Assembly: GCA_965204755.1 (NCBI GenBank)
Contig: OZ242011.1
Coordinates: 2,368,001-2,432,000, forward strand
Length of the DNA stretch: 64,000 nt
Origin: Candidatus Marinacidobacterium sp.
GTDB taxonomy: Bacteria > Acidobacteriota > Vicinamibacteria > Marinacidobacterales > Marinacidobacteraceae
Direction: 5' to 3'
Shown: positions 26,120-34,706 of the stretch, in pieces
Layout of the letters: the number at the start of each line of letters is the position of its first letter
Position numbering within the stretch: position 1 is the stretch's first letter
Program-made: the position numbers and the translations under genes
Notes under the pieces: generated by a model
Told to the model about the DNA's origin: nothing
The model's database searches: none
Seen by the model: the letters and a program-made list of their open reading frames with translations, nothing else

Positions 26120-28051
26120 ATGAGCAGCAGGAAGCCCTTCGAGATGGAATTCGACATCTCGACGATCAAGCATCTGGGTCTCCAGATGTATTCCACGCTC
26201 CCACCCGTTATCGGCGAACTGATCGCCAACGCTTGGGACGCGAACGCCAAGAGGGTCGAGATCACGATTCCGGAGACCGCCATCGGCGACGACGACACGG
26301 AGATCGTCCTCTCGGACGACGGTTTGGGGATGTCGGACAGTGACATACGCGACAAATACCTCATCGTCGGACGAGATCGACGTGAGGCCGAGAGTTGCGA
26401 AGCATCGCCATCTCCGTTCTGCCGGAAAATCATGGGCAGAAAGGGCATCGGCAAGTTCTCTGCGTTCGGAATAGCGCGCGAAATCGAGATCGAGAGCATC
26501 CGAGACGGCGATCACAGCCGGTTCGTAATGGACTACGACAAGATGCTTGAAGCCGTCAACGACCGGCGGGCCAGTTTCGAGCCTTTGCCCCCGACTGACC
26601 AGGTACGGACCGGCACCCGGATCGCACTCCGGAAACTGACGAAGTTCCGAAAGCGCGGCATCGCAGTGGATGCGTTGCGTCGCGGCATCGCCAGGCGCTT
26701 TTCGGTCGTCGCGGCCAAGAACGACTTCGAAGTCGTAGTAAATGAGCAAGCGATCACTGTGGAGGAACGTGACCTGAAGCGACTCCTGGATGTCGACATG
26801 GCGGGAAAGCAGTTCCTGTGGTCGTATGACAACGAGGAGATCGAACCAGAGACAGGGTGGACGGTATCGGGGTGGATTGGCGCCTTGAAGGGTACGACTC
26901 GTTCTGGCGACAGTGTTGACCGTGGAGTCTCCGTCATGGCGAGGGGTAAACTCGTTCAAGAGCCGTTCTGGTTCAAGGCGGAAGTAGGCCAACAGTTCGC
27001 ACTGTCCTATCTCGTCGGCGAACTTCACGCGGAGTTCGTCGACGGCGACGATGACACGATTGGCACGAGCAGGAACACGCTGGTGTGGGACGCCGAGCCC
27101 AACCAGAGACTGATGGAGTGGGGTCAGAAGGAAATGAAGAAGATCGCCCGCGAGTGGTCCGATCGGCGCAGCCGAGACCAAGAGCAACGGCTTGAAGACA
27201 ACGAGCACTACCGGCAGTTCAAGAATCGCGCCACCGACATGACCAACCGGAGGGGTTTCAAGTTGGCGGATAAACTCGTACGCGAAGCGATCCGAAGGAA
27301 TCCGACAGCGGAAGTCAAGGAGGTGGAACCCGTCATCAAGATGGCGGTGGACTTCGTGGAGTTCGACTCATTCTTGGCGATCGCCCATGACTTGGTTGAT
27401 TCCGACTTGTCGGACATCGGGAGGTTGGTCGAACTGTTTCGGGAGTGGGAAGTTGTGGAGGCACTGGAAATGGCGCGCGTGACGGAAGGTCGAATCAGCA
27501 CGATCGGCCTTCTGGATCGTATGATCGAGGAGAACGCCCTTGAAACGCCGAGACTACACAAGTTCCTGAAGAGGTTCCCTTGGGTCATCGATCCCAAATG
27601 GACCTTGGTGGCCGACGAAGTGTCGTACACGAAACTTCTTCGTGACAAGTTTCCTGACAATGCCGAAATTGACAGGAATAGACGGATTGACTTCCTCTGT
27701 GTTCATGAGGGTACGAACTTGGTCGTCGTTGAAATCAAGCGTCCCGCCTCCAAGGTGTCGAACAAGGAGTTGGAACAGATTGAGGAGTACGTGAACTTCG
27801 CGCGTAGCCGAACGGAAGAGACGACCGACCCGGACAGTCGCTACGAAGATGTCGTTGGCTATCTCCTCTGTGGAGGTGTAGCGGACACGTGGAATGCGCG
27901 GCAGAAGGTGAAGAATCTTCGATCAGCGCGTATCTATGTGCGGAAGTACGGGGAACTTCTGGACATGGTGAAGGAATTGCATTCCGATTTCCTCAAGAAA
28001 TATAAGGACCTGAGGGGCGAACGCGGAGGGGAGCAGAGTGCGAGGAGTTGA
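26120..28051 (+). CDS. MORC/GHKL ATPase fused to a C-terminal PD-(D/E)XK nuclease (putative restriction component)
   Basis: ELIANAWDA, DDGLGM, GRKGIGKFS, GT GHKL motifs; C-terminal RRIDFL...VVVEIKRP; alternative start at 26090. Confidence 0.85.
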   Translation: MSSRKPFEMEFDISTIKHLGLQMYSTLPPVIGELIANAWDANAKRVEITIPETAIGDDDTEIVLSDDGLGMSDSDIRDKYLIVGRDRREAESCEASPSPFCRKIMGRKGIGKFSAFGIAREIEIESIRDGDHSRFVMDYDKMLEAVNDRRASFEPLPPTDQVRTGTRIALRKLTKFRKRGIAVDALRRGIARRFSVVAAKNDFEVVVNEQAITVEERDLKRLLDVDMAGKQFLWSYDNEEIEPETGWTVSGWIGALKGTTRSGDSVDRGVSVMARGKLVQEPFWFKAEVGQQFALSYLVGELHAEFVDGDDDTIGTSRNTLVWDAEPNQRLMEWGQKEMKKIAREWSDRRSRDQEQRLEDNEHYRQFKNRATDMTNRRGFKLADKLVREAIRRNPTAEVKEVEPVIKMAVDFVEFDSFLAIAHDLVDSDLSDIGRLVELFREWEVVEALEMARVTEGRISTIGLLDRMIEENALETPRLHKFLKRFPWVIDPKWTLVADEVSYTKLLRDKFPDNAEIDRNRRIDFLCVHEGTNLVVVEIKRPASKVSNKELEQIEEYVNFARSRTEETTDPDSRYEDVVGYLLCGGVADTWNARQKVKNLRSARIYVRKYGELLDMVKELHSDFLKKYKDLRGERGGEQSARS

Positions 28052-28102
28052 GAGACCGGCGCGCGGCTCAGTCTTCTGGGCGGAGTTGCATCTAGGAGAG
28101 CC

Positions 28103-29809
28103 TCAGCGCCAGTCGGCGTGGTCCGGGCCCTTCCAGATTCCGAGGGCCTCGTCCGCGAGTCTTGTTCCGCGATCCGCGATCTCCTTCGGGCCCCAGGTGG
28201 CGTAGCGGTTGAAGTCCTCGTTGAGGCAGATCTTTGCCTTCGTGAGGAGTTTCTTCTTTTCCTCGTACGGGGCGTTGCCGAGGGCAGCGTTCACTTTGCC
28301 GGCGAGGAGCGCGAGGTTGCCGGGAGTGTTCACCCACTGACGGTGGAGAGCCTCCCAGTTGTCTCCGAGCACCTTCTGCCAAGCGAAGCACCTGGGGTTC
28401 TTCGCATCGGAGATGGACTTTGGCATCACATGCTCGACATGGATTCCCGGGGGTCCGTCTTGGACGGTGTAGCCGGCGGCTGTTTGGCGTGCACGCTCCA
28501 AGCCGCGCACAACGGCGTCCATGAAACTCGCCTTGGCGAACGAGTGCTCGACGAAGCGGTCACGAAACTCGTCATCCTCGGGCCAGTCTTCGGTGGCCAA
28601 ACGGCCTCGCAGCCAGCCGACGACCTGCGCATCTACCTTGAAGCCGAGATCGCAGAGTCCCGGGAGAGTGCGCCATTGGCGCCTGGAGTCGTGGTTACAG
28701 AGGTGCCCTCGAACCAAGTAACTGGCCAGCATGTCCAGGGCTCGGTCACGGTCGCTCTCAGAGATGAGGCCGGTTCCCTCCGCGTAGGCGTCCAAGACCG
28801 CCAGGGCGACGGGGAAGACGGCAGAAACGCCCGGTCGCCGGACGCGATCCAGCACATCGCGAAGCGATGGGTCCGCGGTCGTTCGACGCCCGCGGACCAA
28901 GAGATACCGCTCCTTGCGGGGTCGGAGGAGATCGGTAACTTCGGTGCCGGAGCGCTCGTCCATGGCCTTCTTGAATCGGCGATAGACCTTGGTCTTCGGG
29001 ATGTTTTTCTGTTCGTCGCAGGTCAGAAGATGCTGGAAGAAGGAATCGAACAGTGGCATGTCGAGAGTATTCGATCCCTTCTTCTCGAAGCCGCTCTCGA
29101 TGATCTGCCAATGGTCTTGATGGAACTGGTCTTGCGATTCCGGGCGCTCCTTCGCAAAGACATGGCTTCGGATCAGATCGGACTGACTCAACTGGACGCG
29201 CTTGGCGTTCAGATCTTCGAAGGCCTGAGTGATGGCGTCCGGAGTGTCGAGGACGACCCAGACGACCTGCAGCCTACGGAGAACCGCGCGGCCGATTTCG
29301 GTCGGCGAGAGAGTGTCGAGTCCCTTCAACTGTCGCAAGAAGTAGCGGTAGGCGCGGAGCATGTTGCTCGTGGTTCCGCGCACGCGCTCTCTGCGGGCGA
29401 TGTCCCGGTAGATGTGCGCATCGGTGTACCGCGGCACAAGTCGAGGCACATTGAACTCGGTGTTCCACACATTGGGGTGGAACTCTCGGCAGGCCTCCTC
29501 GTCCTCCTTGGCGATCGTGTCCCGTACGGCGCAGAGCAGGAGCGACAGGGTTGTCAAGCGCTGCTGGCCGTCCACGATCAGATAGGTGGGCAGTCCGGGG
29601 CGCAGGCTCTTGATCAGCGTGATGACGCCGATGAAGTGGAGGTCCCGATGATCGCGCTCGCAGGCTTTGACGACATCCTCCCAGATGCCTTCCCAATGCC
29701 CAGGCGTCCAGACGTACTCCCGCTGGTGCGGCGGAGTCTCGAAGTGCGCGTTCGTGGTCAACAAGCCGTCCACGGGCGTCGTGTGGGCATAGGTACCGAA
29801 GCCAGTCAT
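28103..29809 (-). CDS. GmrSD-type (DUF262 + DUF1524/HNH) restriction protein
   Basis: PPHQREYVW, IVDGQQRLTT, FEDLNAK; C-terminal VEHVMPK, GNLALL...N HNH-like motif. Confidence 0.9.
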   Translation of the reverse strand: MTGFGTYAHTTPVDGLLTTNAHFETPPHQREYVWTPGHWEGIWEDVVKACERDHRDLHFIGVITLIKSLRPGLPTYLIVDGQQRLTTLSLLLCAVRDTIAKEDEEACREFHPNVWNTEFNVPRLVPRYTDAHIYRDIARRERVRGTTSNMLRAYRYFLRQLKGLDTLSPTEIGRAVLRRLQVVWVVLDTPDAITQAFEDLNAKRVQLSQSDLIRSHVFAKERPESQDQFHQDHWQIIESGFEKKGSNTLDMPLFDSFFQHLLTCDEQKNIPKTKVYRRFKKAMDERSGTEVTDLLRPRKERYLLVRGRRTTADPSLRDVLDRVRRPGVSAVFPVALAVLDAYAEGTGLISESDRDRALDMLASYLVRGHLCNHDSRRQWRTLPGLCDLGFKVDAQVVGWLRGRLATEDWPEDDEFRDRFVEHSFAKASFMDAVVRGLERARQTAAGYTVQDGPPGIHVEHVMPKSISDAKNPRCFAWQKVLGDNWEALHRQWVNTPGNLALLAGKVNAALGNAPYEEKKKLLTKAKICLNEDFNRYATWGPKEIADRGTRLADEALGIWKGPDHADWR

Positions 29810-29818
29810 GTGTGTTCC

Positions 29819-30820
29819 TTACGATGTGTTGTCTGATCGGAGGGGTTCTGAGAAGAGCGCTGCCGGGCGCCGAATGTCGGCTAGCCGCCGACCGGCGAAG
29901 GCGCAGTAGTCGGAGTGCTGCTCGATGCCGACCGACAGGCGGCCAGCGGACAAGGCCGCGGCGAGCGTCGTGCCGGATCCGGCGAAGGGATCGAGCACGA
30001 TGTCGCCGGGGAGCGAGAAGAGGTGGATGAACCAAGTCGGAAGGGCGAGTGGAAATGCGGCGGGATGTCCGGTGTTGGAGCACTCCGAGGCCAAGTGGAG
30101 GACATTCGTCGGATTGACTTGGCGCTTGCCCTGCCAGTTCTGGACACGGACGCCGGTTCCGCTCCCCGTGTTGGAGGTGCGGCGGGTCCGATCGTTCGTT
30201 CCGAGTTTCTCGAGGCGACTCGACGCCCATTCACCTATCGGTTGCTGCACGGCCTCCTGATACATCGAAAACGTGGGGCGGCAGTTGAATTGGAGGAGGC
30301 GTTCCCAACTATCGCGGAAGCGGTTCGGCCAGTGGCCCGGAGTGGAGTTCTTCTTGTGCCAGATGAATTCCTCCGTCCAGCACCAGCCGTCCTCCTGCAG
30401 GGCGAGGATGAGCCGGAGAACATAGGTGTGCCGCTGACGAGCGACGACACGCTCCTTGATGTTGAGGATGAAGGTGCCGTCGTTCCTCAGGACGCGCCGC
30501 AGATGGCGCGCCACCGGTACGAACCACTCCACATAGTCGTCCGGGTGCAGTCCGCCGTACTGCCGCCTCCGCGCGTCCGCGTAGGGCGGCGAGGTGACGA
30601 TCAACTGGACCGACCCGTCCGGGAGGTGCGGAAGCACCTCCTCACATTTACCCTCGATCAGCCACCAGCGGGTGGCTGCGAGGGCGTCCCTCAGGTCATC
30701 GTGGGAGACGGCGGTCGCGCGGCCATTCCACCGGCGCGTTCCGGCACGCGATCTGCTGGGGGGGGGGGGGGGGGGGGGGGGGGCACTTCGGGAGGCTGCG
30801 AGGGGGTTGGGACCATACAC
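29819..30820 (-). CDS. site-specific DNA methyltransferase (N4-C/N6-A, beta class)
   Basis: TSPPY precedes HPAAFP and DPFAGSGTT; start uncertain (in-frame GTG 30820 or TTG 30853, both upstream of a poly-C tract). Confidence 0.88.
   Translation of the reverse strand: MYGPNPLAASRSAPPPPPPPPSRSRAGTRRWNGRATAVSHDDLRDALAATRWWLIEGKCEEVLPHLPDGSVQLIVTSPPYADARRRQYGGLHPDDYVEWFVPVARHLRRVLRNDGTFILNIKERVVARQRHTYVLRLILALQEDGWCWTEEFIWHKKNSTPGHWPNRFRDSWERLLQFNCRPTFSMYQEAVQQPIGEWASSRLEKLGTNDRTRRTSNTGSGTGVRVQNWQGKRQVNPTNVLHLASECSNTGHPAAFPLALPTWFIHLFSLPGDIVLDPFAGSGTTLAAALSAGRLSVGIEQHSDYCAFAGRRLADIRRPAALFSEPLRSDNTS
30758..30783. repeat. 26-nt poly-G/C homopolymer in the 5' region of the methyltransferase
   Basis: G run counted directly, 30758-30783; reads as Ala-Pro8 in the minus-strand ORF. 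Confidence 0.9.
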
Positions 30821-31036
30821 CCGCGACGCGCCGAAGGAGCAGAAGTCATCCAAGCGGAGGAGCGGGTGCTGCCGCGCTGTCCGCCGAAGCCGTCGGGCGC
30901 GCCCGCAATATGGGTCAGAGCGAGCCCCTGGCTACACCCCTGGAGGGCGGCGTCGCATTGGGGAGCCGGCGAAAGGCTGGCTAGCGTTTTTCGGCGGGTC
31001 CTGTGAGAATGGACCGCATCGCGAGGAGGCCCGCCA

Positions 31037-31480
31037 ATGTGGGAGTTCGGTAATGGAAAGTGCGACGGGATCGGCCGGTTCGCCCCGAGGGCCGAGGGGG
31101 AACGGCCGACCGGCCCTCCCTACGGGTGGCGTTGCTATGAGTCCCCGGTTCGGGAATGGTGCGGGCGCCGCCTGTGCCAGGCGCACTGGGAGCGGGTGAC
31201 CGTTGACCTGCTCTACGCGGCCTATCTCGCGCTTCACTGGGCGTCGAGAGCACTGCAGGACGGCGCTGCCGACGCGGCTCAGCATGTCTACGACTCCTTG
31301 GACGACGATCCGGAGTACCAACTGCTCATGACGGAGGGAACCGCCGCCACCGACGCCGTGGCCCATGTCAACTACGAGTTGCGCCGGATCGAGCGTGAGC
31401 GGGAGGGCGAACCCCGGGCGACGAGCGACTCTCTCGGTGGATCGGAGCGGCCGGCCGGCGACGGAGACCGCGACCCGTAG
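31037..31480 (+). CDS. hypothetical protein
   Basis: Strong RBS GAGGAGG before ATG; normal-complexity sequence with Cys/His cluster (C...C...CGRRLCQAHW); no family recognised. Confidence 0.55.
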   Translation: MWEFGNGKCDGIGRFAPRAEGERPTGPPYGWRCYESPVREWCGRRLCQAHWERVTVDLLYAAYLALHWASRALQDGAADAAQHVYDSLDDDPEYQLLMTEGTAATDAVAHVNYELRRIEREREGEPRATSDSLGGSERPAGDGDRDP

Positions 31481-31541
31481 GAGGCGCAAGGTCCCGCCGC
31501 CCTATGGCGCGAGCGAGGATGCGGGCCGACATCCCCCTTCC

Positions 31542-33104
31542 ATGACCCTCACCGACGGTGTGCTCACCGCCTACTTCGTCGTCCTCCTGCTGCTCGCCGG
31601 GTACGGCTCGCACCGGTTCCGGCTGCTGTTCGCCCTCCGCCGGCGGGCGCAGGCGGCGGCCGAGGCCGTGCGCCAGGCCGGCGAACGCGGCCTCCCGGAG
31701 TTCGAGGCGGATCCCCCGACCGTCCTCGTCCAACTCCCCGTCTTCAACGAGCGGCATGTGGTGGCGCGGCTGGTCCGGGCGGCGGCGGCGCTGGACTACC
31801 CGCGGGACCGGCTCTCCATCCAGGTCCTCGACGACTCCACCGACGACACCGGAGAAATCGCCGAAGCGGCCCTCCGCGAAGCGGCCGCCGCCGGGGTCGC
31901 CATCGAGCGGGTCCACCGCGACCGGCGCGACGGGTTCAAGGCGGGGGCGCTGGCCGCCGGGCTCGACGCCTCGCCCGCCGCCGCCAATGCCCGTTTCGTC
32001 GCCATCTTCGACGCGGACTTCGTGCCCCGGCCCGACTTCCTCCGCCGGACGATCCCGGCCCTCCTCGCCCACCCCCGCCACGGCATGGCCCAGGCGAGAT
32101 GGGAGCACCTGAACCGCTCCTACTCGGTCCTGACCGAGGTGCAGGCGATCCTGCTCGACGGGCACTTCGTCGGCGAACACGGCGGCCGCCACGCCGCCGG
32201 GTGCTTCTTCAACTTCAACGGCACCGCCGGGGTCTGGCGGCGGGAAGCCATCCTCGACGCCGGCGGCTGGGCCGGGGACACGCTCACCGAGGACCTCGAC
32301 CTCTCCTACCGGGCCCAACTCCGGGGCTGGAAGTTCCTGTTCCTGCCCGAAGTGGGCGCCCCGGCGGAACTCCCGGTGTCCATGACCGCGTTCAAGGCGC
32401 AGCAGCGGCGCTGGGCGAAGGGCTCCTTCGAGACCGCGCGGAAACTGCTGCCGCAGGTGCTCGCCTCCCCGCTACCCTTGCGCGTGCGCGCCGAAGCGTT
32501 GTTCCACCTGAGCGGCAACCTCGCCTATCCGCTGATGGCGCTGCTGAGCCTGCTCCTGATCCCGGCGCTCGCGGCCCGCGCGGCCACCGGGCTGCGGGAG
32601 ACCGCGCTCCTCGACATCCCGGTGTTCGTCGCCGCCACCGTGTCCGTGATCTCGTTCTACGCCGCCACCCAGCGCCGCCTGTTCCGGTGGGAGCCGCCGG
32701 CCGAGCGCGGCGGGTTCTGGTGGCGGGTGCGGCACATCCCCACGGCGCTGGCGGTGGGGATCGGCCTCTCCTTCTCCAACGGCGCGGCGGTGCTCGAAGG
32801 GGCGTTCGGACGGCGGACGCCCTTCGTCCGCACGCCCAAGTTCGGCGTGGCCGGCGGGGCGCGGTCGCGGACCGACCGGGGGTGGCGGCGAAGCGGCTAC
32901 CGGACGCCGGAAGGCGCGGTGATGGCGCTGGAACTCGCGGTCGGTCTCGCCTTGGCGCTGGCGGCGGCGTGGGCCGCGGCGTCCGGGGTCGCGGCCTCCG
33001 CGCCGTTCCTGCTCCTCTTCGCGGTGGGCTACCTCTATGTCGGGGGGCGCTCGCTGGTGGAGTCGGGCGCGGTGCGCCGCGCTTCCAACCGGCGGCCGGC
33101 ATGA
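31542..33104 (+). CDS. GT2 processive glycosyltransferase (cellulose-synthase-like)
   Basis: VQLPVFNE, VLDDSTD, GFKAGAL, FDADF, TEDLD, QQRRW, FVRTPK, flanking TM helices. Confidence 0.92.
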   Translation: MTLTDGVLTAYFVVLLLLAGYGSHRFRLLFALRRRAQAAAEAVRQAGERGLPEFEADPPTVLVQLPVFNERHVVARLVRAAAALDYPRDRLSIQVLDDSTDDTGEIAEAALREAAAAGVAIERVHRDRRDGFKAGALAAGLDASPAAANARFVAIFDADFVPRPDFLRRTIPALLAHPRHGMAQARWEHLNRSYSVLTEVQAILLDGHFVGEHGGRHAAGCFFNFNGTAGVWRREAILDAGGWAGDTLTEDLDLSYRAQLRGWKFLFLPEVGAPAELPVSMTAFKAQQRRWAKGSFETARKLLPQVLASPLPLRVRAEALFHLSGNLAYPLMALLSLLLIPALAARAATGLRETALLDIPVFVAATVSVISFYAATQRRLFRWEPPAERGGFWWRVRHIPTALAVGIGLSFSNGAAVLEGAFGRRTPFVRTPKFGVAGGARSRTDRGWRRSGYRTPEGAVMALELAVGLALALAAAWAAASGVAASAPFLLLFAVGYLYVGGRSLVESGAVRRASNRRPA

Positions 33105-33709
33105 CTCCGCTGGCGCAGCGCCTCCTGTTCTTCGGGGCCGGGCTGGCGTTCGGGGGCCTGGTCGGCTGGCTCGCCGGGCGGTCGGCGCCGGGGGTCGGCG
33201 TGACTCCGGGCGCGCCGATGGTCTCCGGCGCTCCCGCCGCGGCGGCGACGCCGCCTCCGCCGGTCGCCGAGCCGCCCGCGCCGGTGGACGAGGGGCGCCT
33301 CGAAGCGCTGCTCGCCGAGGTCGAGACCCGGCCGGAGGATCCCGCCGCCCGCGCCGCTGTCGGCGGCCTCTACCTGGAGGCCCGGAACTTCGGCGAAGCG
33401 GCCTATTGGTTCCAACAGGCTCGGAATCTCGCGCCTGCGGACCTCGAGAGCCGCGCTTCGCTCGGGCTGGCGCTCCTCGGGATGGGCGATGTCCGAGGGG
33501 CGGCCGCGGAGTACGAGGCCGTCCTCGCCGAAGATCCGGCGCACGGCGGGGCGCTGCTGGCGCTCGGGCGGTTGCGGCTCTATGCGCTCCAGGACATGAC
33601 CGGCGGGATCGAACTCTGGGAGCGGTTCCTCGCCGCCCACCCGGACGCGCCGGAGGCGGGGGAGTTGCGCGAGGCGGTCCGGGCGCTCCGTTCGGCGCAC
33701 CCCGAGTAG
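33101..33709 (+). CDS. membrane-anchored TPR protein
   Basis: ATG overlaps the GT2 stop (ATGA); N-terminal TM helix, TPR-like helices, WERFLAAHPD. Confidence 0.8.
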   Translation: MTPLAQRLLFFGAGLAFGGLVGWLAGRSAPGVGVTPGAPMVSGAPAAAATPPPPVAEPPAPVDEGRLEALLAEVETRPEDPAARAAVGGLYLEARNFGEAAYWFQQARNLAPADLESRASLGLALLGMGDVRGAAAEYEAVLAEDPAHGGALLALGRLRLYALQDMTGGIELWERFLAAHPDAPEAGELREAVRALRSAHPE

Positions 33710-33747
33710 GCTCGGAAGCGGACATTCGGCGGCGAGAGGGGCGGAAG

Positions 33748-34017
33748 TTGGTTCGGTTTCTCCTGCTCCTGCTGGGGCTGTTCTTCGCGCGGCTCCTCTG
33801 GGGGGCGGCGCGCCTCCTCTTGGCCGGCCGCCGGGCGGAGCGGGTCGCCGGCGGCGCGGCGGGGGCCTCCCCGGGTTCGGCGCCGTCGGGAACGGAGTTT
33901 CGGGGGGCGGTCGTCCGCTGCGAGCAGTGCGACCTCCATGTGCCGGAGCAGCGGGCGGTGACCGACGGGGGGCGGACTTTCTGTTCGGAGGCCTGCCGCG
34001 CCGCGGCGGGCTCCTGA
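33748..34017 (+). CDS. small membrane-anchored Cys-motif protein (PP0621/TRASH-like)
   Basis: N-terminal TM helix, VRCEQCDLHVP...FCSEAC; TTG start inferred. Confidence 0.7.
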   Translation: MVRFLLLLLGLFFARLLWGAARLLLAGRRAERVAGGAAGASPGSAPSGTEFRGAVVRCEQCDLHVPEQRAVTDGGRTFCSEACRAAAGS

Positions 34018-34025
34018 TCGGTTCG

Positions 34026-34670
34026 GTGGAGAGCGATCGGGCCGCGGCCGCGCTCGCCGCGGAACTGTGCGAAGTGACGCGGCGGCTGGCCGAGCGCGGG
34101 TTCATCGTCGCCCGCGAAGGCAACGCCAGCGCGCTGTTGCCCGGCGGGGCGGAAGTGCTCGGGACGGCCGCCGGGACGCGGAAGGGCGACGCGGCGCCGG
34201 AGGGCTTGGTGCGCTGCGACCGCCACGGGCGGAAGACGGCCGGCGACAGCGGCGTGTCCAGCGAGATCCTGGTGCACCTGGCCGTCTACGACCGTCGTCC
34301 GGACATCCGCTCGGTGGTGCACGCCCATCCGAAGACCGCGACCGGGTTCGCCGCCGCCGGGGTGGCGCTCGACCCGCCGGCGCTGGCGGAGACGGTGGTC
34401 GTCCTCGGCCGGATCGGCATGGCCGACTACCACCCGCCGGGGTCGCCCGCGCTCGCCGCAGCGGTGGCCGAGCAGGCGGCGGCCGCGGATGCGGTGCTGC
34501 TCCGCAACCACGGCGCGCTCACCGTGGGCCGGACGCCGACGGAGGCGTTCGAGCGGATGGAGACCCTGGAGCGCTGCGCGGAGATCGTGCTCGCAGCTCG
34601 CGCGCTGGGCGGCGCGGAGGCGCTTCCCGAAGCGGAGACCGCCCGCCTTCTCGCCGCGCGCCGGCGCTGA
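34026..34670 (+). CDS. class II aldolase/adducin family protein
   Basis: EGNAS, SSEILVH, VVHAHP, LLRNHG. Confidence 0.9.
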   Translation: MESDRAAAALAAELCEVTRRLAERGFIVAREGNASALLPGGAEVLGTAAGTRKGDAAPEGLVRCDRHGRKTAGDSGVSSEILVHLAVYDRRPDIRSVVHAHPKTATGFAAAGVALDPPALAETVVVLGRIGMADYHPPGSPALAAAVAEQAAAADAVLLRNHGALTVGRTPTEAFERMETLERCAEIVLAARALGGAEALPEAETARLLAARRR

Positions 34671-34706
34671 CGGCCCGCGCTGCCGACGGGGCGGTCACCG
34701 AGCGCC

